NCBI GenBank assembly: GCA_021298875.1
Contig: JAJTHJ010000200.1
Location: 1-41,418, forward strand
DNA length: 41,418 nucleotides
Direction: 5' to 3'
From: Burkholderiales bacterium
GTDB lineage: Bacteria > Pseudomonadota > Gammaproteobacteria > Burkholderiales > Burkholderiaceae_F
Shown here: piece after piece, positions 8,215 through 15,219 of the stretch
Position numbering within the stretch: the first letter of the stretch is position 1
Layout: every line of letters starts with the position of its first letter
Translations under genes and position numbers: made by a program
The notes under the pieces: model-generated
Database searches by the model: none
Told to the model about the DNA's origin: nothing
What the model saw: the letters and a program-made list of their open reading frames with translations, nothing else

Positions 8215-9210
8215 GTGAAATTGCGTCGCACGCTTTGCCTCGCCGCCGCTGCGGCGGCCTTTCTGTCCGGCCCAGCCTTCGCGCAGGGCGCGAATTATCC
8301 GACCAAGCCAATCCGCCTGATCGTCCCCTACCCACCCGGCGGGCCGCTGGACATCGCGGCGCGTGCGCTGGCCGAGCAGGTGCGGCCGACGCTCGGCACC
8401 ATCGTCGTCGAGAACAAGCCGGGCGCGGGCGGCAACCTCGGCGTCGATGCGCTGGCCAAGAGCGCGCCAGACGGATACACGCTCGGCATCGGCGCGGTGG
8501 CGACCCACGCGATCAACCCCTGGCTCTTTGCCAAGCTGCCCTACGACCCGATCAAGGACTTCGCGCCGATCACGCTGATCGCGCAGGTGCCCAACGTGCT
8601 GGTGATGTCGACCGACACCGCCGCCAGGTTGAACATCAACTCTCTGGCCGACCTGCTCGCCTACATGCGCAAGAACCCCGGCAAGCTCAACTACGCCTCG
8701 GGCGGCAACGGCAGCGGCGGCCACCTGGCGGGCGAGTTGATGAAGTCGATGGCCCGGGTGTACGCGGTGCACATCCCTTACGCGGGCGCCGCGCCCGCGC
8801 AGTTGAGCCTGCTGTCGGGGCAGACCGACTTCATGTTCGACAACCTCGCCTCCGCCTTGCCGCAGATCCGCGCCGGCAAGCTCAAAGCCCTGGCAGTGAC
8901 TACCACGCAGCGCGCGGAGAGCCTGAGAGACGTGCCGACGATGGCCGAAGCCGGCGGCAAGGAACTGGCCAGCTTCGACGTCTCCACCTGGTTCGGCGTC
9001 TTCGCGCCGGCCGGCACGCCGGCGCCGATCGTCGCCAAGCTGAACGAGGAGTTCCGCAAGGCGCTCGTCACGCCGGCGATGCGCGAGCGGCTGGCGGCGA
9101 TGGGCACCGAGCCCTCGCCCAACACGCCCGAGCAGTTCGCACGCTTTATCGCCGCCGAACTCGCGAAGTACCGCGACGTGGTGAAGTACTCGGGCGCGAA
9201 GGTCGATTGA
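8215..9210 (+). CDS. tctC: tripartite tricarboxylate transporter substrate-binding protein (Bug/TctC family)
   Basis: 331 aa with a GTG start preceded by GGGAGA. It has a signal peptide (MKLRRTLCLAAAAAAFLSGPAFAQ) followed by YPTKPIRLIVPYPPGGPLDIAAR, the hallmark Bug-family N-terminus. tctB and tctA follow it. Confidence 0.88.
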   Translation: MKLRRTLCLAAAAAAFLSGPAFAQGANYPTKPIRLIVPYPPGGPLDIAARALAEQVRPTLGTIVVENKPGAGGNLGVDALAKSAPDGYTLGIGAVATHAINPWLFAKLPYDPIKDFAPITLIAQVPNVLVMSTDTAARLNINSLADLLAYMRKNPGKLNYASGGNGSGGHLAGELMKSMARVYAVHIPYAGAAPAQLSLLSGQTDFMFDNLASALPQIRAGKLKALAVTTTQRAESLRDVPTMAEAGGKELASFDVSTWFGVFAPAGTPAPIVAKLNEEFRKALVTPAMRERLAAMGTEPSPNTPEQFARFIAAELAKYRDVVKYSGAKVD

Positions 9211-9295
9211 AACGCAGTTTGTGCGCTGCCGCGACGCAGCGCGCATAGAATCGTCTCCAGACTGAAAACTGCGGCACCTCAGGGGGAGACAGCCG

Positions 9296-9757
9296 ATGAG
9301 AGTCAAGAACAAAAGGGACTTCTGGTCCGGGGTGATGTTCGTCGTCGTCGGGCTCTTCTTCGCGTTGTTCGCGCAGAACTACGAGATGGGCACGCCGCAG
9401 CGGATGGGGCCGGCGTACTTTCCGACGATCCTCGGCGGGCTGCTGGCCGTGCTCGGCGCGTTCATCGCGTTCAAGGCGCTGCGGGTCGATGCCGGCGAGG
9501 GCGAGATCGAGAAGTTCCACTTCGGCCCGTTGGCGGCGGTGCTGGTCGGCGTGGTGGCGTTCGGCGCGCTGCTGCGGCCGGCCGGTCTGGTGGTGGCGCT
9601 GCTGGCGATGATGTCCATTGCCAGCCTCGGCAGCCACGAGATGAAGCTGAAGGAGCTGGTGCCGTTGGCGGTGGGGCTGGTGCTGCTGGTGCTGGCGGTG
9701 TTCATCTGGGGCTTAGGGCTGACCATCCCCGTCTGGCCCGCGTTCATGAACCGCTAG
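9296..9757 (+). CDS. tctB: tripartite tricarboxylate transporter small membrane subunit (TctB family)
   Basis: 153 aa with four hydrophobic segments and a GGGGGAG SD. It sits between tctC and tctA. Confidence 0.8.
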   Translation: MRVKNKRDFWSGVMFVVVGLFFALFAQNYEMGTPQRMGPAYFPTILGGLLAVLGAFIAFKALRVDAGEGEIEKFHFGPLAAVLVGVVAFGALLRPAGLVVALLAMMSIASLGSHEMKLKELVPLAVGLVLLVLAVFIWGLGLTIPVWPAFMNR

Positions 9758-9770
9758 CAGAGGCGCGACC

Positions 9771-11279
9771 ATGGAACTGCTGTCCAATCTTGCGCTGGGC
9801 TTCGCCACCGCGCTGACGCTGAACAACCTGCTGTACGCCTTCGCCGGCGTGCTGATCGGCACGCTGGTTGGCGTGCTGCCGGGACTGGGGCCGATTGCCA
9901 CGCTGGCGATGCTGCTGCCTTTCACCTACACGCTGGAGCCGACCAGCGCGCTGATCATGCTGGCCGGCATCTACTACGGCGCGCAGTACGGCGGCTCGAC
10001 CACTTCCATTTTGGTCAACCTGCCGGGCGAGTCGGCCTCGGTGGTGACCTGCATCGACGGCTACCAGATGGCGCGCCGCGGGCGCGCGGGCGCGGCGCTC
10101 GGCATCGCGGCGATCGGCTCGTTCATCGCCGGCTCGTTTGCCACGGTGCTGGTGGCCGCCTTCGCGCCGCCGCTGACCGAGCTCGCCTTCAAGTTCGGGC
10201 CAGCCGAGTATTTCTCGCTGATGGTGCTCGGCCTGATCGGCGCGGTGGTGCTCGCCTCCGGCTCGCTGCCCAAGGCGATCGCGATGATCGTGCTCGGCCT
10301 GCTGCTCGGGCTGGTCGGCACCGATGTCAATTCGGGTGTGGCGCGGTTTTCGTTCGACATCCCGGAACTGGCCGACGGGATCGGCTTCGTCGCGGTGGCG
10401 ATGGGCGTGTTCGGCTTTGCCGAGATCGTTGCCAATTTGGAGAAAAAGGAAGCGCGCGAGGTCTTCACCAGCAAGGTCGGCAAGCTGCTGCCCAGCGCCG
10501 CCGATCTGAAATACGCCGCGCCGGCGGTGGCGCGCGGGACGCTGCTCGGCTCGCTGCTCGGCATCCTGCCCGGCGGCGGCGCGCTGCTGGCGGCGTTTGC
10601 GTCCTACACGCTGGAGAAAAAGGTCACGCGCAAGCCGGAGATTCCGTTCGGCCAGGGCAACATCCGCGGCGTGGCCGCGCCCGAGTCGGCCAACAACGCC
10701 GGCGCGCAGACGAGCTTCATCCCGATGCTGACGCTCGGCATCCCGCCCAATGCGGTGATGGCGCTGATGATCGGCGCGATGACGATCCACAACATCCAGC
10801 CCGGCCCGCAGGTGATGACCAGCAACCCGGCGCTGTTCTGGGGGTTGATCGCCAGCATGTGGATCGGCAACTTGATGCTGGTGATCCTCAATCTGCCGCT
10901 GATCGGCATGTGGGTGCAATTGCTGAAGGTGCCGTACCGGATGCTGTATCTGGCGATCCTGACCTTCTGCTGCATCGGCGTGTATTCGATCAACAACAAC
11001 GCCTTCGACGTCTACATGACCGCAGCCTTCGGCGCCGTCGGCTACCTCTTCTACAAGCTCCGGTGCGAGCCGGCGCCGCTGATTCTGGGCTTCATCCTCG
11101 GGCCGATGATGGAAGAAAACCTGCGCCGCGCGATGCTGCTGTCGCGCGGCGACCCGACGGTGTTCTTCACCCGCCCGCTGTCGCTCGGGCTGCTGCTGGC
11201 GGCCGTGGCGCTGGTGGTGATCGTGGCGCTGCCGGCGATCAAGCGCGGGCGCGAAGAGGCGTTCAAGGAAGAGGACTGA
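9771..11279 (+). CDS. tctA: tripartite tricarboxylate transporter large permease (TctA family)
   Basis: 502 aa and polytopic. The N-terminus MELLSNLALGFATALTLNNLLYAFAGVLIGTLVGVLPGLGP and the segment GAQYGGSTTSILVNLPGE are typical of TctA. Confidence 0.88.
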   Translation: MELLSNLALGFATALTLNNLLYAFAGVLIGTLVGVLPGLGPIATLAMLLPFTYTLEPTSALIMLAGIYYGAQYGGSTTSILVNLPGESASVVTCIDGYQMARRGRAGAALGIAAIGSFIAGSFATVLVAAFAPPLTELAFKFGPAEYFSLMVLGLIGAVVLASGSLPKAIAMIVLGLLLGLVGTDVNSGVARFSFDIPELADGIGFVAVAMGVFGFAEIVANLEKKEAREVFTSKVGKLLPSAADLKYAAPAVARGTLLGSLLGILPGGGALLAAFASYTLEKKVTRKPEIPFGQGNIRGVAAPESANNAGAQTSFIPMLTLGIPPNAVMALMIGAMTIHNIQPGPQVMTSNPALFWGLIASMWIGNLMLVILNLPLIGMWVQLLKVPYRMLYLAILTFCCIGVYSINNNAFDVYMTAAFGAVGYLFYKLRCEPAPLILGFILGPMMEENLRRAMLLSRGDPTVFFTRPLSLGLLLAAVALVVIVALPAIKRGREEAFKEED

Positions 11280-11302
11280 CGGCGGCGCGCAGCGCGAAAA
11301 GC

Positions 11303-11332
11303 AAAAAGCCCGGCTCGGCCGGGCTTTTTTTT
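11303..11332. terminator. Bidirectional rho-independent terminator (tctA and small gene 1)
   Basis: AAAAA-AGCCCGGC-TCG-GCCGGGCT-TTTTTTT: an 8-bp GC stem flanked by an A-run on one side and a T-run on the other. It lies between convergent stops at 11279 (+) and 11351 (-). Confidence 0.8.
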
Positions 11333-11350
11333 GGGGCGCCGTGTTTCGCT

Positions 11351-11548
11351 TCAGTTGACGCGGCTGGACGTGGGCAACGCGGTGAGTTGCGCAGCACTCG
11401 GCGTCACCACCACGCGTTCCAGTTGCACGACCGGCAGGCCGGCCTCGCTGGTGGCGGTCGTCAGGTGCGCAGCGGCGAGGATGCCGGCGGTCGTCAACGC
11501 GGCCCGCAGGGCGCTCATCAGGCGGATCGGGGCGGCTGTCTTGGTCAT
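11351..11548 (-). CDS. small signal-anchored hypothetical protein, paralog 1 (65 aa)
   Basis: The ATG at 11548 is preceded by AAAGGAGCCCACC. Sequence: MTKTAAPIRLMSALRAALTTAGILAAAHLTTATSEAGLPVVQLERVVVTPSAAQLTALPTSSRVN. It is a paralog of the 12053-12247 ORF and has its own terminator. Confidence 0.65.
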   Translation of the reverse strand: MTKTAAPIRLMSALRAALTTAGILAAAHLTTATSEAGLPVVQLERVVVTPSAAQLTALPTSSRVN

Positions 11549-11598
11549 GGTGGGCTCCTTTGCCGTTTGGGATTTGACGTGTCGTTCGTCGATGAAGC

Positions 11599-11648
11599 GC
11601 ACTTTAGGGATCGGCGCGGCAGGCCGCGAGCGGTTTGCGACGAAGTGC
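11599..11648 (-). promoter_or_regulatory. Conserved inverted repeat GCACTT-N38-AAGTGC upstream of small gene 1 (operator or leader candidate)
   Basis: The same arms, the same 38-nt spacing and the identical internal string GTCGCAAACCGCTCGCG occur upstream of small gene 2 (12292-12341). Confidence 0.35.
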
Positions 11649-11988
11649 GCGGCGGGTGGATCGGGGGCTTCGCGGCGACTGCCGCCGCGCCTCGCCGTTC
11701 ACTCCGGCTTTTCGGCACTTCGTCGCCGCCTGGTGCGTTTCGGCCCCGTTAGCGCGGTCCGCGCGGGCCGCGCACAGTAGGGCCGGCAGCTGCGACGAAC
11801 GGCAAACGCAGCGCTGCCTGCTGCGCAAGGTGCAGACAGGCGCTTCCGCGTCTCGCGGGGGTCGGGTCGGGTGGGAGTGGATTGCATAGCGCGCCCGGCC
11901 GGCTGCCGCCCTGGCCTCTGACACAGTAGCTCCGGGGCGGGGGCGACCAGACTCTGGCCAGTGGCGATCCTCAGCCGCAAGAGCGACG

Positions 11989-12013
11989 AAAAAAAGCCCG
12001 GCAACTGCCGGGC
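11989..12013 (-). terminator. Rho-independent terminator of small gene 2
   Basis: The minus strand reads GCCCGGC-AGTT-GCCGGGC followed by TTTTTTTT. It lies about 40 nt downstream of the stop at 12053. Confidence 0.8.
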
Positions 12014-12052
12014 GCAAGGGGGGTTGTTGCGGCGGCGCAAGCGCCGCAGTGT

Positions 12053-12247
12053 TCAGTTGACGCGCCGCGCCGAGGCCTCGGCCAGTTGGCCGGGCGTAGG
12101 CGATACGACCACGCGCTCCAGTTGCACGACCGGCAGGCCGGCTTCGCCGGTGTAGGTGGCATAGTGGGCCACAGCGAGGATGCCGGCGGTCAAGGCAAAG
12201 GCGATACTGGCGCTGATGGCACGGACGCGGATCGGGGTGGTCGTCAT
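12053..12247 (-). CDS. small signal-anchored hypothetical protein, paralog 2 (64 aa)
   Basis: The ORF 12053-12469 is trimmed to the ATG at 12247, which is preceded by GAAGGAGCCTGCA. Sequence: MTTTPIRVRAISASIAFALTAGILAVAHYATYTGEAGLPVVQLERVVVSPTPGQLAEASARRVN. Confidence 0.65.
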   Translation of the reverse strand: MTTTPIRVRAISASIAFALTAGILAVAHYATYTGEAGLPVVQLERVVVSPTPGQLAEASARRVN

Positions 12248-12291
12248 TGCAGGCTCCTTCGGGTGGCGCGACGTTCGGTTCGTCGATGGGT

Positions 12292-12341
12292 GCACTTTAG
12301 GAATCCGGCGCGCGTGGCGCGAGCGGTTTGCGACCAAGTGC
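12292..12341 (-). promoter_or_regulatory. Conserved inverted repeat GCACTT-N38-AAGTGC upstream of small gene 2
   Basis: Second copy of the module at 11599-11648. Confidence 0.35.
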
Positions 12342-12491
12342 AGAAGCGGCGACGAGGCCGTCGTCGCACACGGCTGGCACAATCCGCCGCTCGGGGGCGG
12401 TTTTGGACGTTTCGTCGCCGCTGGCGGCATTTCGCACCCCGCGCCGGCCGCTACCCACCCGTCACGCAAATCCGCACCGGAATCCGACGAA

Positions 12492-13463
12492 ATGCATTCG
12501 ATCCAACGCCGCCGGCTGCTGCTCGCGGCCGGCGCGAGCCTCGCGCCCGCAACACTGCTCGCGCAGAGTTACCCCAGCAAGCCGATCCGGCTGATCGTGC
12601 CCTTCCCGGCGGCGGGCGCCACCGACATCCTCTCGCGCGAGCTGGCGCGGCGCCTGTCCGATCGGCTGGGCCAGCAGGTGGTCGTGGACAACCGCCCCGG
12701 CGCGGGCGGGACCATCGGCAGCGAGGCCGCAGCCAAGAGCCCACCCGACGGGTACACACTATTGATGGCGACGAGTTCCACCCACTCGATCGGCCCGCAA
12801 CTGAATCCCAAGCTGCCGTACAACGCGCAGACCGACTTCACGCCGGTCGCGCATGTCGCCAACGCGGCCAACGTGCTGATCGTCTCGCCCAAGCTCGAAG
12901 TCAAGAATGTGCGCGAGCTGATCGCGCTGGCGCGGGCCAAGCCCGGCTCGCTCAACTACGGCTCCAGCGGCAACGGCACGATCCCCAACCTGACCGGGGA
13001 GCTCTTCAAGGCGATGACCGGCATCTACGTCGTGCACATCCCCTACCGCGGCACGGCGCTGGTGATCCCGGACATGGTGACCGGACAGGTGCAGTTGATG
13101 TTCGACTCGATCGTCAGCGCGCAGCCGCACCTGAAGGACGGGCGCGTGCGTCCGCTGGCGGTGACTTCGCTCACCCGCTCGCCGCTGTTGCCGGAGGTGC
13201 CGCCGCTGGCCGAGACGGTGCCGGGCTTCGAGTCGGTAACCTGGTTCGGCGTGTTTGGCCCGCGCGGGCTTCCGCCGGAAGTGGTGCAGAAGATCAATGC
13301 CGAGATCAACGCGCTGTTCAAGCAGCCGGACTTTGCGGAGCGGCTGCGCCAGCTGGGTGCGGAGCCGGCGGGCGGCACACCCGCCGACTTCGCCCGCGCG
13401 GTGGCCGACGACAGCGCCAAGTGGGCCAAACTGATTCGCGAACGGAAGATCGCGGCCGATTGA
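12492..13463 (+). CDS. Bug family (TctC-like) periplasmic substrate-binding protein, orphan (no adjacent tctAB)
   Basis: The ORF 12180-13463 is trimmed to the ATG at 12492: MHSIQRRRLLLAAGASLAPATLLAQSYPSKPIRLIVPFPAAGATDILSREL. It has a Tat-like RRR signal plus the Bug-family motif. Confidence 0.88.
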   Translation: MHSIQRRRLLLAAGASLAPATLLAQSYPSKPIRLIVPFPAAGATDILSRELARRLSDRLGQQVVVDNRPGAGGTIGSEAAAKSPPDGYTLLMATSSTHSIGPQLNPKLPYNAQTDFTPVAHVANAANVLIVSPKLEVKNVRELIALARAKPGSLNYGSSGNGTIPNLTGELFKAMTGIYVVHIPYRGTALVIPDMVTGQVQLMFDSIVSAQPHLKDGRVRPLAVTSLTRSPLLPEVPPLAETVPGFESVTWFGVFGPRGLPPEVVQKINAEINALFKQPDFAERLRQLGAEPAGGTPADFARAVADDSAKWAKLIRERKIAAD

Positions 13464-13477
13464 TCGGAGACAACACG

Positions 13478-15112
13478 ATGACCTTCGACTGGATCAACCC
13501 CTACCCGACCGTGCGCACGCCGGTCTTTGCTCGCAACATCGTCTCGACCTCGCAGCCGCTCGCCGCGCAAGCGGGGCTGGCAGTCCTGCGCGCCGGCGGC
13601 AACGCGGTCGATGCCGCGATTGCCGCTGCGTCCGTAATCACGCTGACCGAGCCCTGCTCCAACGGCCTGGGCTCGGACAACTTCGCCATCGTCTGGGATC
13701 CAGCGGGCAAGCTACTGCACGGGATGAATTCCAGCGGCATCGCGCCCGCGGCGTGGTCGCTCGATTACTTCCGCCGCAAGTACGGCGACGATCCCGCCAA
13801 CCGTCCGCTGCGCGGCTGGGACACGATTACCGTGCCGGGCGCCGTGGCAGGTTGGGCATTGCTGCACGGCAAGCTCGGCAAGCTGCCCTTTGCCGACGTG
13901 CTGGCGCCCGCCATCGACTACGCCGAGCGCGGCTTTGCGGTCAGCCCCAACGTGCAGGAAAAGTGGCGGCTCGCCGAGCCACTGCTGCGCGATTTACCGG
14001 GCTTTGCCGAGCACTTTCTGCCGCGCGGGCGGGCGCCGCACGTGGGCGAGCACTTCGTCCTGCCGGGCGCGGCGCGGACGCTGAAGCTGATCGCACAAAC
14101 CAAGGGCGAGGACTACTACCGCGGTGAGATCGCCGCGGCCATCTCCGGCTATGCGAAGCAGACGGGTGGTGCGATGACGGCGGACGATCTCGCGGCCTAC
14201 TGGGACTTCGTGCAGAGCAACGGCTGGGTCGGCACGGTGAGCAAAGACTTTGCCGGCCACACGCTGCATGAGATTCCGCCCAACGGCCAGGGCATCGCTG
14301 CGGCGATGTGTCTGGGCATCCTCGCGCACACCGGCATGGGCGGCTACAAGGTGGATACCGCCGACTGGCAGCATGTGGCGATCGAGGCGATGAAGCTCGC
14401 CTTCGCCGACGTTTACGCCTATGTCGCCGACCCGCGCGCGATGACGATCACCCCGGAGCAACTGCTCGACGACAGCTACCTGCGCGAGCGCGCCAAACTG
14501 ATCGACATGCGCCGCGCGCAGCCGTTTGCGCCGGGAACGCCGCCGCGCGGCGGCACGATCTACCTGACCGCCGCCGACGCCAGCGGCATGATGGTTAGCC
14601 TGATCCAGTCCAACTACATGGGCTTCGGCTCCGGCGTGGTCGTGCCGGGCTACGGCATCTCGCTGCAAAACCGCGGCCACGCCTTCAGCCTAGACCCCGC
14701 TCATCCGAACGTGGCGCGACCGCGCCACCGGCCGTTCCACACGATCATCCCGGCCTTCCTGATGCGCGACGGCGCGCCGCAGATGAGCTTTGGCGTGATG
14801 GGCGGCAACATGCAGCCGCAGGGTCATGTACAGACGTTGGCGCGCATGCTGCTGGCCGGCCAGCAGCCACAGGCCGCCTGCGACGCGCCGCGGTGGAAGT
14901 GGATGCAGGGTGTGGAGATCGAAGTCGAAAACCAGATGCCCGCTGCTGTGGTGGCCGAACTCACCGCCCGCGGCCACCGGATCACCTGCGCCGACGACAG
15001 CTACATGGACTTCGGCGCCGGGCAGTTCATCTGGCGGCTGGGCGATCCCGGCACCGATGGCTACGTCGCGGCCAGCGACTCGCGACGCGACGGGCTGGCG
15101 GCAGGGTTTTGA
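13478..15112 (+). CDS. gamma-glutamyltransferase family protein (no signal peptide)
   Basis: This is the C-terminal 544 codons of the 12086-15112 ORF, from the ATG at 13478: MTFDWINPYPTVRTPVFARNIVSTSQPLAAQAGLAVLRAGGNAVDAAIAAA...EPCSNGLGSD. The nucleophile region is PRGGTIYLTAAD, followed by SFGVMGGNMQPQGH. Confidence 0.85.
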   Translation: MTFDWINPYPTVRTPVFARNIVSTSQPLAAQAGLAVLRAGGNAVDAAIAAASVITLTEPCSNGLGSDNFAIVWDPAGKLLHGMNSSGIAPAAWSLDYFRRKYGDDPANRPLRGWDTITVPGAVAGWALLHGKLGKLPFADVLAPAIDYAERGFAVSPNVQEKWRLAEPLLRDLPGFAEHFLPRGRAPHVGEHFVLPGAARTLKLIAQTKGEDYYRGEIAAAISGYAKQTGGAMTADDLAAYWDFVQSNGWVGTVSKDFAGHTLHEIPPNGQGIAAAMCLGILAHTGMGGYKVDTADWQHVAIEAMKLAFADVYAYVADPRAMTITPEQLLDDSYLRERAKLIDMRRAQPFAPGTPPRGGTIYLTAADASGMMVSLIQSNYMGFGSGVVVPGYGISLQNRGHAFSLDPAHPNVARPRHRPFHTIIPAFLMRDGAPQMSFGVMGGNMQPQGHVQTLARMLLAGQQPQAACDAPRWKWMQGVEIEVENQMPAAVVAELTARGHRITCADDSYMDFGAGQFIWRLGDPGTDGYVAASDSRRDGLAAGF

Positions 15113-15219
15113 GGTGGAGCACAATCCCTTGTCTGCGACTCGTTCGCCTTTGACCGAGCGGGCCGGCTGACTTATCTTCACTTCTGCTTCGACCGTTTCG
15201 CCAACCGCCCTTCACGCCG

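Noticed and set aside
9223-9242. GC hairpin (GCGCTGC-CGCGAC-GCAGCGC) between tctC and tctB, considered as a terminator or attenuator
   Set aside because: It is only a 7-bp stem with no U-run. Such hairpins are expected by chance at this GC content. I cannot support a function from sequence alone.
11604-12040. Minus-strand ORFs 11604-12017 (137 aa) and 11699-12040 (113 aa), and plus-strand ORF 11635-11889
   Set aside because: Their composition is Arg/Pro/Ala-rich and they have no SD. They run through a rho-independent terminator and the non-coding leader. They are not conserved in the duplicated copy.
12375-12390. TGGCAC-N5 word that looked like a sigma54 -24 element upstream of the Bug gene
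   Set aside because: The -12 position reads GCCGC with CG where GC is required at the correct spacing. It is not matched in the duplicated copy, and no enhancer-binding-protein gene is nearby.
12086-13477. N-terminal 464 codons of the 1008-aa ORF 12086-15112
   Set aside because: This part overlaps the Bug-family gene in another frame and reads as Arg/Gly/Ala-rich low complexity. GGT homology begins at the ATG at 13478, which follows the Bug stop by 14 nt.
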